Shown piece by piece: positions 8,692 through 18,053 of a stretch of DNA of 64,000 nt; the stretch's first letter is position 1; each line of letters begins with the position of its first letter. Source of the stretch: Parcubacteria group bacterium. GTDB lineage: Bacteria; Patescibacteriota; Minisyncoccia; UBA6257; JACRHW01. The notes beneath the pieces were generated by a model that worked only from the letters and a program-made list of their open reading frames with translations, had not been told where the DNA came from and ran no database searches. The DNA lies in the NCBI GenBank assembly GCA_016217555.1, contig JACRHW010000023.1, positions 64,466 through 128,465 on the forward strand, given 5' to 3'. Both the position numbers and the translations under genes were made by a program.

Positions 8692-9912
8692 TTATCTTAA
8701 AAAGGCTTTTTTGCGAACGGCCCTATGGTACGTAATTGCAAAACGATGCGCCTCATCACGAACCTTAACAAGAACATCCTGATTATATCTACCAACATTT
8801 CCGACAAATTCATTTTTCTTACGGTCTCTACCCTTTGCGATACCTACGATCGGAATATTTATTTCTAAATCTCGTAATACTTTTTCTGCACAATGTACTT
8901 GTGGCAATCCTCCATCAACAAGAATAAGATTTGGCTGCTGCCACGGATGTTGAAATCGCCGTTGCAATATTTCCCGAAGCATTGCGACATCATTTGGACC
9001 CTCCACTGTCCTTATCTTAAATTTTCTATATTCACTTTTATCTGGTTTTCCGTCTATAAATACCACCATTGAACCCACCGCCGATGTTCCCGAGATATTA
9101 GAAATGTCATAGCCTTCGATGCGTGTATCTTGGATCTGGTATTTAGTATCTTGTATAACATCCCTTTTTATCAATGCTGTATCTTTAATATGACGTAACG
9201 CATTTATTTGACGTCTCAGTTTTTCCGCATGCTCAAACTCCTTTTTTTTACTCGCCTCTTTCATTTCTTTTTCTAACGATACGACTACACGTTCTTTCTT
9301 GCCAGCAAAAAAATTGTTGAGATAGTTAATTTGTTTTCTATATTCCGATTTAGTAATTGCACCGATACACGTGCCTGGGCACAATCCTATTTGATAATCA
9401 AAACAAGGTTTCTTCTGTATACTAATTTTTTTTTCTGGCGAATGAGTATTCCACGGAAATATTCTTCTTAAAATTCGCAATGCTTCACGAATATCCGAAG
9501 CAGACACAAAGGGACCAAATCGTTTTCCCATAATCTCAGATTTACCACGCACAAGAAGCACCCGCGGAAAAGGTTCTTTTGTAATTTCAACGTATAAAAA
9601 ACTTCGATCATCTTTTTCTCTTACGTTAAACGGAGGCTTATATTTCTTAATAAGCTCCGCCTCAAGCATTAACGCCTCAAGCACACTTCCTGTTTTTTTA
9701 TATTCAATCGAATGTATTCGAGATACCATAGATTCAATTCGTGCCTCATGCGAGCGATTAAAATAGCTCGATACTCTTCGTTTCAAATTTGCAGCCTTCC
9801 CCACATATAACAAAACCCCATGCTGATTTTTCATGAGATATACTCCGGGTGTAGTGGGAAAATTATTATACTTCATGATCTTCTTTATGTCACAAAACTT
9901 ATCCACACGCAA
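8692..9912 (-). CDS. uvrC: Excinuclease ABC subunit C, a short form.
   Basis: N-terminal GIY-YIG (PGVYLMKNQHGVLLYVGKAANLKRRVSSYF) and a UvrC endonuclease domain. The true start is probably the internal Met near 9876. Confidence 0.8.
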   Translation of the reverse strand: MRVDKFCDIKKIMKYNNFPTTPGVYLMKNQHGVLLYVGKAANLKRRVSSYFNRSHEARIESMVSRIHSIEYKKTGSVLEALMLEAELIKKYKPPFNVREKDDRSFLYVEITKEPFPRVLLVRGKSEIMGKRFGPFVSASDIREALRILRRIFPWNTHSPEKKISIQKKPCFDYQIGLCPGTCIGAITKSEYRKQINYLNNFFAGKKERVVVSLEKEMKEASKKKEFEHAEKLRRQINALRHIKDTALIKRDVIQDTKYQIQDTRIEGYDISNISGTSAVGSMVVFIDGKPDKSEYRKFKIRTVEGPNDVAMLREILQRRFQHPWQQPNLILVDGGLPQVHCAEKVLRDLEINIPIVGIAKGRDRKKNEFVGNVGRYNQDVLVKVRDEAHRFAITYHRAVRKKAFLR

Positions 9913-9989
9913 TATTGCACGTTTTATGCCTTGCCCCTATACTAGTTATTAGAACCTCGATAACCTATAAAGTAAAGGAGGTGATAAAA

Positions 9990-10178
9990 ATGGACCTCAT
10001 CAAGAAGGCTATCGAAACCCTGAGTGACGCTGGTCGTCAGTTCGCGGTGCTCGTGGCACTGTTGACGCTCGCCGTCCTGGCAGTAACTGCTGTTATGGCC
10101 GCCGTAAACGGTAATCCGGCAGGTGCAGTCAGTGGTCTTATGGACAGTTCCTTAGCTCACTGGGCATTCTCGCCTTGA
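9990..10178 (+). CDS. Small single-TM membrane protein (62 aa) in a GC-rich island.
   Basis: Strong SD AAGGAGGTGATAAAA-ATG. Sequence MDLIKKAIETLSDAGRQFAVLVALLTLAVLAVTAVMAAVNGNPAGAVSGLMDSSLAHWAFSP. GC is ~55% against the local background. Confidence 0.5.
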   Translation: MDLIKKAIETLSDAGRQFAVLVALLTLAVLAVTAVMAAVNGNPAGAVSGLMDSSLAHWAFSP

Positions 10179-10463
10179 ACAAGTACCTCGGCTAGTTCTA
10201 GTATAGTCTATTCTCCTCCTAAAAATTCAGCTGCTCTCCTCAGGGCAGCTTTTCATTTTTCACCAAGGTGAAAAATGATCTTGAGCTGAGCTTGCCGAAG
10301 GATAATTTTCTCGCCATTGTCGTTTTTATGCAGATAAAACCTTGGAAACAAATTATCCCACCTCTCTAACCTCTGCCATTATGCCACGTCATAATATAAG
10401 GTTTCTTTTTTGGTTCTTATATATCCACTCCTTTATCAGACGATCGTCACTTACGGGAGTAGG

Positions 10464-11294
10464 TCACGATTTCAATTGATATTCATCTTTGTTTTGTATA
10501 AGGAAACCTTCTTTTACTAAATCTGCTAAAATCTTTTGTATACGAGCAGAATCCTCCTTAATCTTGTGTGCAATTTCTTCCTTTGATTTCTTTCCCTCTT
10601 TAATAAGAAACTTTAAAATTATTCCACGAATTTTTCTATCTGATCCTTCGAATTTGGATTGTTTTTTATACGCCTTACTTTTTCTATTTGGATTTTCTGC
10701 ACGCATTATTTCACCAAGGTGCGTACCATAATCCATAAGCGCCCAATACCATTCGCGCGAACGTTTCTTATCGAGTGCAGTTTCTACGTATCTTAAAATA
10801 TCTTCATCTTTTACACTTTTTCTTTTTCCAAAAAAATGATGAATAAAAACACGCCGTATATTTGTTTCTATAAAAACAGTTGGTGTGTTGAACGCGAAAG
10901 TCACAATAGATCCAGCCGTCGCCTTTCCAATACCAGGAAAATTTACAAGAACTTCTGGTGCCTGAGGTAATACACCCTCGTATTCATGGACAACTCTTTG
11001 AGCAATTTTTTTAAGCGCAATAGCCCGCCTATTATATCCCATCCCCTGCCATGTTTTTAAGACATCAGAAAGGGGTGCTTTCGCCAAACTTTGAAAATCA
11101 GGAAACGCTTTTATAAATAATGGATACTTTTCCAAAACACGTTTTACCTGTGTCTGCTGAAGCATAATTTCAGAAACAAGAATGTGGTATGAATCTGTCG
11201 TCTCCCGCCACGGCATTGCGCGTTTATTTTTTCTATAGTAATCCCAAACTATTTTTTGAAATTCTTTAATTTTTTGTAAATCTTGCATTGTCAC
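10464..11294 (-). CDS. HhH-GPD superfamily DNA glycosylase (MutY/Nth-like) with a C-terminal winged-helix-like extension and no Fe-S cysteines.
   Basis: WDYYRKNKRAMPWRE (MutY-like N-terminus) and the HhH motif NFPGIGKATAGSIVTFAF. Confidence 0.65.
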   Translation of the reverse strand: MTMQDLQKIKEFQKIVWDYYRKNKRAMPWRETTDSYHILVSEIMLQQTQVKRVLEKYPLFIKAFPDFQSLAKAPLSDVLKTWQGMGYNRRAIALKKIAQRVVHEYEGVLPQAPEVLVNFPGIGKATAGSIVTFAFNTPTVFIETNIRRVFIHHFFGKRKSVKDEDILRYVETALDKKRSREWYWALMDYGTHLGEIMRAENPNRKSKAYKKQSKFEGSDRKIRGIILKFLIKEGKKSKEEIAHKIKEDSARIQKILADLVKEGFLIQNKDEYQLKS

Positions 11295-11335
11295 TATTCT
11301 TATAAAAAAGAGGCCTTATTACAAGGTCTCAAAAT

Positions 11336-11596
11336 TTATAGAACAGCAATGTCTTTTATTTTTTGTGCAGGAATCTGAGTTGCAAAATAAGGACTCCACT
11401 GAATCATCCAATATTCCCGCTGATCGAAAAAGGTACAGTTGGTGGTTACAGAGAGAGCTCCTTTGTCAAAATCGACAAACTGAACCATGTCTCTCGGAAA
11501 CACCACAGAACCATCCCCAAAAGCAACTCCCTCATCATGAAGCACAAGCTCCTCATGAAAAGAAATAGTGACACATTCACCCTCCACCATAAACAC
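11336..11596 (-). CDS. Hypothetical acidic protein (86 aa). Second gene of the same operon.
   Basis: SD GAGGAGG upstream of the ATG. Acidic composition. Confidence 0.4.
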   Translation of the reverse strand: MFMVEGECVTISFHEELVLHDEGVAFGDGSVVFPRDMVQFVDFDKGALSVTTNCTFFDQREYWMIQWSPYFATQIPAQKIKDIAVL

Positions 11597-11611
11597 CTCC
11601 TCACAAAAATA

Positions 11612-11938
11612 TTACTTTTTAGGAGAGACCTCATAGCATCGCTTTACAAACGCCTCAGTAAGACAAAAATTTCCATACCGATCACACACGATGAGATGTT
11701 GCTCGATAAACCAATCAAGAAAACAAATATTTGCACCAAGCTGCTTGCAAACATTTTCTATAGTGGCCCGATTCATGCTCGTCCAGTAACCCTGAAGCTG
11801 ACAATTAATGATAAGAGTACTAGCAAAAACTTCTCTGCCAAGCTTATTAAATGCTCCCATGAGAGGCTTTGATGTATCGATGTTGCCCGGTGCAATATGA
11901 TATCCTTCAGGAACAATAGGGCTCGCTTCACTACCCAT
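11612..11938 (-). CDS. Hypothetical protein (108 aa). First gene of a two-gene operon with strong SDs.
   Basis: SD AAGGAGGAATATC-ATG. No recognisable motifs. Confidence 0.45.
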   Translation of the reverse strand: MGSEASPIVPEGYHIAPGNIDTSKPLMGAFNKLGREVFASTLIINCQLQGYWTSMNRATIENVCKQLGANICFLDWFIEQHLIVCDRYGNFCLTEAFVKRCYEVSPKK

Positions 11939-12057
11939 GATATTCCTCCTTAATATATAAATGACCTATCTTCGTTCTACTGCAAAATAATAAACTTGTC
12001 CATACCTCCCGAAAAATAAAACCGCTCATTCAGAACGGTTACTGTTTCTCTGGCGAT

Positions 12058-12255
12058 TTACCAAGAACGAAGGGTGACATCTTTGTTGCAGTTCGGGCAT
12101 ACAATCCATTCCCTACCATCAGGTCCACCACTCATATCCCTCCCATGGTAACTCTTTATTTCATTTGGAACATACTCGAGAGTCGCTCCACAACCCTTAC
12201 AAACACATCGTTTCTTTACCTCTTTTGCCGGTTTGATTTTAACAATCCTTACCAT
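12058..12255 (-). CDS. Small zinc-ribbon protein (CxCxxC…CxxC).
   Basis: MVRIVKIKPAKEVKKRCVCKGCGATLEY…WIVCPNCNKDV. SD AGGAGGTG upstream. Confidence 0.5.
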   Translation of the reverse strand: MVRIVKIKPAKEVKKRCVCKGCGATLEYVPNEIKSYHGRDMSGGPDGREWIVCPNCNKDVTLRSW

Positions 12256-12350
12256 GTCGCACCTCCTGTTTTATGAACTAAACAAAGAATACCTTAAAAG
12301 TTCTATTGTGTCCATACCGATACTAAAATATCAACTGAACAGGAATTTAA

Positions 12351-12476
12351 ATAGAACTTCTCTATTTGGATGCAGTACAAGGAAAACGCGAGGAACGGAG
12401 TAAGCCGTACACAAGAAGTACTGCGTCGAGTACCACAGCGTTTGACGAAGTAATGCGCCGAATAGAGAAGTTCTAT
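12351..12476. repeat. R2 element copy 1: conserved structured core (ATTTGGATG…AGGAAAACGCGAGGAACGGAG…GTTTGACGAAGTAATGCGCCGAAT) enclosed by a copy-specific 13-bp perfect inverted repeat (ATAGAACTTCTCT / AGAGAAGTTCTAT). It abuts the uvrA stop codon.
   Basis: Four copies in the window (12.35k, 37.33k, 47.85k, 61.0k). The flanking IR continues into ATTTGG/CCGAAT pairing (including a G·U), giving a ~19-bp closing stem. Confidence 0.85.
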
Positions 12477-15049
12477 CACATGTGTTTTTTGAGGTATTGG
12501 CCTGTCACACTATATGCATTTTTTACTATGTCCTCTGGAGTGCCTGTGACGAGGATTTTTCCTCCACGCTCTCCGCCCTCGGGACCAAGATCAATCACCC
12601 AGTCAGCTGTCTTAATAACATCGAGATTATGTTCAATCACAACAATAGTATTTCCTCGACTTACAAGACGCTGTAGTACATCGAGTAATTTTTCGATATC
12701 AGAAAAGTGAAGTCCTGTAGTTGGCTCATCAAGTAAATACAACGTCCTTCGTGTATCCCGCTTCCCAAGCTCTGCCGCAAGTTTGATACGTTGCGCCTCG
12801 CCACCAGACAAGGTCGTCGCCGACTGCCCAAGTTCGAGATACCCCAAACCCACCTCGTATAAAATCTTAAACTTATCATATAGCCATGGAATATCTTCAA
12901 AGAAAGCGAGCGCCTCCTCGACTGTCATACGCAGCACCTCGTAGATATTTTTACCCCTGTACTCAACCTCAAGCGTCTCTCTGTCAAAACGCTTCCCCTT
13001 ACAAATATCACAGAGCACATAGACAGTAGGAAGGAAATGCATCTCGATAGCAATCGTCCCATGCCCCTCACAATGCTCACAGCGCCCCCCAGGGACGTTA
13101 AAACTAAAACGCCCTATTCTATATCCGCGCACACGCGCATCCTCCGTAGAAGTAAATAACTCACGCACATGTGTCCATGCCCCCACATACGTCGCAGGAT
13201 TAGACCGCGGCGTTCTTCCAATCGGTGACTGATCAATCGTAATAACCCGATTAACATATTCGAGTCCCAAAATCGCATCACACGCACCTCCTTTATAATC
13301 AGCTCCGTTGAATTTATTGGCTAAATACTTATAGAGCACGTCGTAAACAAGCGAGCTCTTCCCCGACCCAGATACACCCGTAATACAGGTGAGTTTTCGG
13401 AGAGGAATATCTACATCGATGTTTTTAAGGTTGTGTGCTTTTGCTCCTCGAATTTTGATCGACTCATCAATAATTCCACGTTTTGATTTTACCACCCGTC
13501 GGTTCTCAGGAATTGTAATACTCTTTGTACCACGCAGATAATCGAGTGTAAGCGAATTAATCTTTTTATTCTTCAAAATATCCGGTATCTCCCCCTGCGC
13601 CATCACACTGCCCCCATGCACCCCCGCCCCTTTTCCAAAATCAACGAGATAATCAGATGCTCGAATGGTATCCTCGTCGTGCTCAACTACCACAATAGTA
13701 TTTCCAAGATCGCGTAGATTTTGGAGTGTTTTAATAAGCTTTGCATTATCTCTCTGATGAAGACCAATGGTAGGCTCATCAAGCACATAAAGAGTTCCTG
13801 TAAGACGCGAACCGATTTGGGACGCAAGACGTATACGCTGCGCCTCGCCACCGGAGAGCGTCCCCGCCTTACGTTCAAGCGTTAAATATTCCAACCCAAC
13901 ATTTCGTAAAAAGGTTAGCCTGTTTTTAATCTCCTTCAAAGGTACCTCAGCAATGCCGAGCAACGCCTCATTTTCAAGAAGCGACGTTTCGATCTCATCA
14001 AAAAATCGATACGCCCCATCGACAGCAAGACTCGTGATATGTGCAATATTTACCCCACCAACGAGCACGTTGAGACTTTCTTTCTTAAGACGCTTTCCCT
14101 TACAAACATCACAAAGCTTATCCGACCAAAGCTCCTCAGTACCTAATCCATGACACTTCTCACACGCACCATAAGGACTATTGAATGAAAAAAGGCGTGG
14201 TTCAATTTCTGGGAAGGCAAATTCATCCTCTGGGCAAGAGAATTTTGTAGAAAGTGTAATTTCCTTTGCCCCGATAGCAACCGTCACTACATCATTCCCA
14301 TACTTCACACCCGACTCAATCGCCTCAGCCAACCGAAGACGATTTTCTTTATCCTTAAAATCAAACGTCACTGGAATACGATCTATCACCAATTCTATGG
14401 TGTGTGGCTTAAAACGACTCAACACGATCCGCTCACGCAAAGAATACATCTTCCCATCAATACGAACCTCGCTAAACCCTGCATTTAAAAAATCATACAG
14501 TACCTGGTAATATTCTCCCTTACGTCCACGTACGACGGTTGCAAAAATAGTAATAAGATTCTCGTCCCTTGATGCCCCGACAATAATAGCATTCTTATTT
14601 TTCGAAGTGGCACTTTTTTTAAATTCAATAATTGCATCTACAATCTCCTCTTTCGTCATTTTTCTGATTTCCTTTCCACAAAGAGGACAATAAGGTTTTC
14701 CGATACGAGCAAAGAGAACTCGCAGATAGTCATAAATTTCTGTAATAGTTGCTACCGTCGAACGTGGATTTCCTGAGTGACTTTTCTGATCAATCGAGAT
14801 AGCAGGTGAAAGCCCCTCAATCTCATCAACGTCGGGCTTATCCATCTTTCCCAAGAACTGACGTGCATAGGCAGAAAGTGACTCTATATACCTCCTCTGT
14901 CCCTCTGCAAAAATAGTGTCAAACGCCAATGACGATTTACCCGAACCCGATGGGCCAGTAAATACAATCATCTTCCCGCGCGGCAACTCAAGATTAATAT
15001 TCTTAAGATTATGCTCACGCGCACCTCTAATAATTAATTTATCTTTCAT
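12476..15049 (-). CDS. uvrA: Excinuclease ABC subunit A.
   Basis: Two ABC ATPase modules: GPSGSGKSSLAFDTIFAEGQRRY and GVSGSGKSSLV, with zinc-finger cysteines. Confidence 0.9.
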   Translation of the reverse strand: MKDKLIIRGAREHNLKNINLELPRGKMIVFTGPSGSGKSSLAFDTIFAEGQRRYIESLSAYARQFLGKMDKPDVDEIEGLSPAISIDQKSHSGNPRSTVATITEIYDYLRVLFARIGKPYCPLCGKEIRKMTKEEIVDAIIEFKKSATSKNKNAIIVGASRDENLITIFATVVRGRKGEYYQVLYDFLNAGFSEVRIDGKMYSLRERIVLSRFKPHTIELVIDRIPVTFDFKDKENRLRLAEAIESGVKYGNDVVTVAIGAKEITLSTKFSCPEDEFAFPEIEPRLFSFNSPYGACEKCHGLGTEELWSDKLCDVCKGKRLKKESLNVLVGGVNIAHITSLAVDGAYRFFDEIETSLLENEALLGIAEVPLKEIKNRLTFLRNVGLEYLTLERKAGTLSGGEAQRIRLASQIGSRLTGTLYVLDEPTIGLHQRDNAKLIKTLQNLRDLGNTIVVVEHDEDTIRASDYLVDFGKGAGVHGGSVMAQGEIPDILKNKKINSLTLDYLRGTKSITIPENRRVVKSKRGIIDESIKIRGAKAHNLKNIDVDIPLRKLTCITGVSGSGKSSLVYDVLYKYLANKFNGADYKGGACDAILGLEYVNRVITIDQSPIGRTPRSNPATYVGAWTHVRELFTSTEDARVRGYRIGRFSFNVPGGRCEHCEGHGTIAIEMHFLPTVYVLCDICKGKRFDRETLEVEYRGKNIYEVLRMTVEEALAFFEDIPWLYDKFKILYEVGLGYLELGQSATTLSGGEAQRIKLAAELGKRDTRRTLYLLDEPTTGLHFSDIEKLLDVLQRLVSRGNTIVVIEHNLDVIKTADWVIDLGPEGGERGGKILVTGTPEDIVKNAYSVTGQYLKKHM

Positions 15050-15200
15050 GAAATAGAAACTGCCCCATGTTATACGCTATGGGGACACCCTCAGAGATTA
15101 GAACCATAAGCCCCAAAAGTCAACGCGATAGTTGCATAAAATCCATCTTCGTGGTAAATACTAACTAGCTCACTGAAAACAAAAGGGAGAGAAAAAATAG

Positions 15201-15458
15201 ATGCATATCATAGAAGAAGGGAAAAAAGGTGATCATAAGAAGGGCGGGGAGGTTAAATGCCCTACATGTAATTGTGTTTTTGAATATCAGAAGGAAGACA
15301 TTCAATACGATTTAAACACGTGGGGAGTAGCGGACTGTCTTTACATAATTTGTCCCAATGAAAGCTGCTATACCTACCTCTTACTTAAAGATTATCGGTT
15401 TTTTCTCTTTCGCATTCTCGATTACAGACATTTCAAAAAACCAAAATTTTTGCGATAA
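15201..15458 (+). CDS. Small zinc-ribbon-like hypothetical protein.
   Basis: KCPTCNCVFEY…ICPNESC. SD GGGAGAG upstream. Confidence 0.35.
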   Translation: MHIIEEGKKGDHKKGGEVKCPTCNCVFEYQKEDIQYDLNTWGVADCLYIICPNESCYTYLLLKDYRFFLFRILDYRHFKKPKFLR

Positions 15459-15516
15459 GAAGGCGCTTCAGCTTTTAAAGTCTGTGGGGATCGAAATCCA
15501 AGAAAAATAAAATCAC

Positions 15517-15537
15517 AAAAGCCCTAAGGGCTTTTTA
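15517..15537 (+). terminator. Intrinsic terminator AAAGCCC-taa-GGGCTTTTT.
   Basis: 7-bp stem followed by a T-run. Downstream of ORF 15201..15458. Confidence 0.6.
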
Positions 15538-15598
15538 ATTTGACGTAACTTATTATATATGCTAAAGATTATATTAGCACAAAAGGAGGTAGTTGAAA

Positions 15599-16024
15599 AT
15601 GCACGTACATTTCACTTGGAAGGAAAAGATGTTAATTCTCGACGCATTTATTTTCAATCCACTCGTTAATTCCCGTGCTGGGTGGAATCCATATGTAATT
15701 GCAGATTGTATAAATTCTTCAGGTAAGCAGAAGGATTGTTTAATGCAACTCTTGCCAGAAATTGTCGATATTGGGATACCGCGAGAACTCATTCTTGAAC
15801 GTCTTCAACTTCTCTGGATTGGTGGATATTTGATTATTACAAATGAAGCTCTATGGGGTAAGATGATAGGTCCCTCTCGATTAGTCACCTCCCTTTGGAG
15901 TACTAAAGACACCACCCTTCGCTTGGACCTTCTCAATCTCTCGCTCACGGAAAAAGGAAAGGAACATATTAAGGAATATGAGGAAATGATTGAGGAAAAA
16001 AAGAAAGAGATATTTGTCCTCTAA
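15599..16024 (+). CDS. Hypothetical protein (142 aa), possibly winged-helix-like.
   Basis: ATG at 15599 with SD GGAGGT 8 nt upstream. The track uses a TTG two codons earlier. Confidence 0.45.
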   Translation: MHVHFTWKEKMLILDAFIFNPLVNSRAGWNPYVIADCINSSGKQKDCLMQLLPEIVDIGIPRELILERLQLLWIGGYLIITNEALWGKMIGPSRLVTSLWSTKDTTLRLDLLNLSLTEKGKEHIKEYEEMIEEKKKEIFVL

Positions 16025-16034
16025 ACAATATAGA

Positions 16035-16065
16035 CCCGCCACACTAGGCGGGTTTTTTCTTTTTA
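16035..16065 (+). terminator. Intrinsic terminator CCCGCC-acacta-GGCGGG followed by a T-run. It overlaps the uvrB stop.
   Basis: 6-bp GC stem followed by TTTTTTCTTTTT. Confidence 0.55.
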
Positions 16066-18020
16066 TTCTGCTTAATAAGCTCCTTGAGTTCGTCACGTAA
16101 AAGAGCAGCGAGTTCAAATTCGAGTCGCCCCGCAGCCTCACGCATTTCTTTTTCCTTTTCCTTAATAAATTTCTCGAGTTCCTGCTTTGTACTTGGTACG
16201 GGCTTCATCTCAAGTTTCAAAATCTTTTCGGTTGGCATGATATCAGAAATTTCCCTAATAATAGTGCGCGGTGTAATGCCGTGTTTTTTGTTATACGTAA
16301 GTTGTATTTTTCTTCTCCTCTCTGTCTCCTTCACCGCCCTTGTGATAGATCCTGTTATTACATCTGCGTACATGACTACTTCACCTCGCACATTACGAGC
16401 CGCGCGGCCAATGGTCTGCACAAGTGCCGTCTCACTCCTCAAAAACCCCTCCTTATCTGCATCAAGAATGGCAACAAGGGAAACCTCCGGTAAATCTAAC
16501 CCCTCACGCAAAAGGTTCACCCCGACAAGTACATCAAACTCTCCCCTTCGTAGACCAGTAAGAATTTTAATACGGTCCATCGTCTTCACATCGCTGTGCA
16601 GATAAGAAACTTTTATTCCTTCCCCATCGAGATACGTACTTAAGTCCTCCGCCATCTTTTTGGTAAGAGTCGTCACAAGCACGCGCTCTTTTGATTTTAC
16701 TCGTTCTTTAATACGAGGGATGAGATCAGCAACCTGCCCTTTTGCGGGTTGAATGATCACGTGCGGATCTACAAGTCCCGTAGGTCTAATAACCTGTTCA
16801 ACCACTTGAGCACTAGTATCATGCTCATATTGTGCAGGTGTTGCTGAGGTATAGATAACTTGTGGAATACGTTCCTCAAACTCTTTAAAAGTAAGGGGGC
16901 GATTATCCTTAGCGGAGGGCAAACGAAATCCATACTCCACGAGTGTGTTTTTACGTGAGGCATCCCCCGCATGCATACCACCAAGTTGTGGAATCGTTAC
17001 GTGAGATTCATCAATTACCATAAGAAAATCCTTTGGAAAATAATCGAGAAGAGTTTCGGGAGGGTCTCCTGCATTACGACCAGAGAGATGACGAGAATAA
17101 TTTTCAATACCATGGCAATAGCCAACTTCTTGGATCATGGCAATATCAGCCTTTGTACGACGCTCAATACGCTCTGCCTCAAGGTATTTTTTTTCCTTTT
17201 CAAAATAACGAAGCTGTTCTCTAAGTTCTTCCTTAATAGCTTTTACCGCACGTATCCTGTTTGGTGCATCGGTAATAAAGTGTTTTGCTGGGGCAAACAC
17301 CACCTCGCTAATGTGAGGAGTTTTTCCCGGCTCAAAACCTGTAACAGGGTTTACCTCATAGAGCTCCTCCACTACACCATTTTGTAATGTAAATGTATAA
17401 ATAACCTCACGATCGGGTGGCATAATCTCCCAGTTGTCCCCTCGTATACGAAAAGTGGCTCGCTTAAGATCTGCATTCGTCCTTGTAAACTGAAGCTCGA
17501 CAAGTTTTTTTACAAACGTAGATCTTAAAATAGTATCCCCCACCTTAATATGTAAAATGTTTTCCCTGTAAGCCTCTGGTGCCCCCAGTCCATAAATACA
17601 GGATACCGAAGCCACAACAATGACATCTTTGCGCGTAAGAAGCGATACGGTCGCTGCATGGCGAAGCTTGTCGATCTCCTCATTAATCATCGCCTCTTTA
17701 TCGATATAGGTATCGCTTGAAGGCATGTACGCCTCTGGCTGATAGTAGTCGTAGTAGGAGACAAAATAGTGCACCGCGTTATTGGGAAACAGCCCTCGAA
17801 ACTCATTACAAAGTTGAGCCGCAAGTGTCTTGTTGTGTGCGATGACAAGTGTTGGTTTTTGAACCTCCTGAATCACATTTGCAATAGTAAACGTTTTGCC
17901 AGAACCCGTAACACCCAAAAGCGTCTGATGCTTAAACCCCTTCTTGAGACCACTCGCAAGACCCCGAATTGCATTCGGCTGATCCCCCGCAGGCTTATTT
18001 TTAGAAACTAAATTAAACAT
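16044..18020 (-). CDS. uvrB: Excinuclease ABC subunit B.
   Basis: PAGDQPNAIRGL and GVTGSGKTFT helicase motifs. The start is likely MFNLVSKNKPAGDQP at 18020, because the track start (18113) extends into repeat R5. Confidence 0.9.
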   Translation of the reverse strand: MFNLVSKNKPAGDQPNAIRGLASGLKKGFKHQTLLGVTGSGKTFTIANVIQEVQKPTLVIAHNKTLAAQLCNEFRGLFPNNAVHYFVSYYDYYQPEAYMPSSDTYIDKEAMINEEIDKLRHAATVSLLTRKDVIVVASVSCIYGLGAPEAYRENILHIKVGDTILRSTFVKKLVELQFTRTNADLKRATFRIRGDNWEIMPPDREVIYTFTLQNGVVEELYEVNPVTGFEPGKTPHISEVVFAPAKHFITDAPNRIRAVKAIKEELREQLRYFEKEKKYLEAERIERRTKADIAMIQEVGYCHGIENYSRHLSGRNAGDPPETLLDYFPKDFLMVIDESHVTIPQLGGMHAGDASRKNTLVEYGFRLPSAKDNRPLTFKEFEERIPQVIYTSATPAQYEHDTSAQVVEQVIRPTGLVDPHVIIQPAKGQVADLIPRIKERVKSKERVLVTTLTKKMAEDLSTYLDGEGIKVSYLHSDVKTMDRIKILTGLRRGEFDVLVGVNLLREGLDLPEVSLVAILDADKEGFLRSETALVQTIGRAARNVRGEVVMYADVITGSITRAVKETERRRKIQLTYNKKHGITPRTIIREISDIMPTEKILKLEMKPVPSTKQELEKFIKEKEKEMREAAGRLEFELAALLRDELKELIKQNKKKKPA

Positions 18021-18053
18021 ATGTATACGAAACAGCTCAAAAATATAATATTC

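Noticed and set aside
12351-12476. Hammerhead (type II permutation) or another small self-cleaving ribozyme as the identity of R2.
   Set aside because: The candidate core reads UUGACGA rather than CUGAUGA and is not conserved in copy 3. The GAAA element and helix arrangement do not complete a three-way junction. I cannot exclude other ribozyme classes without a covariance search.
12351-12476. Integron attC sites or retron msr/msd for R2 (a gene followed by an imperfect inverted repeat).
   Set aside because: There is no conserved R''/R' (RYYYAAC/GTTRRRY) at the ends. The adjacent genes are core housekeeping genes. There is no integrase or reverse transcriptase in the window.
12366-12710. Plus-strand ORFs 12366..12710 and 37330..37602 start inside R2 copies and share peptide stretches (GKREERSK…STASSTT.FDEV).
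   Set aside because: The similarity is due to the conserved nucleotide core. Copies 3 and 4 carry indels and a 170-nt insertion that break the frame, and the substitutions between copies 1 and 2 are mostly non-synonymous. An RNA or DNA element fits better than a coding sequence.
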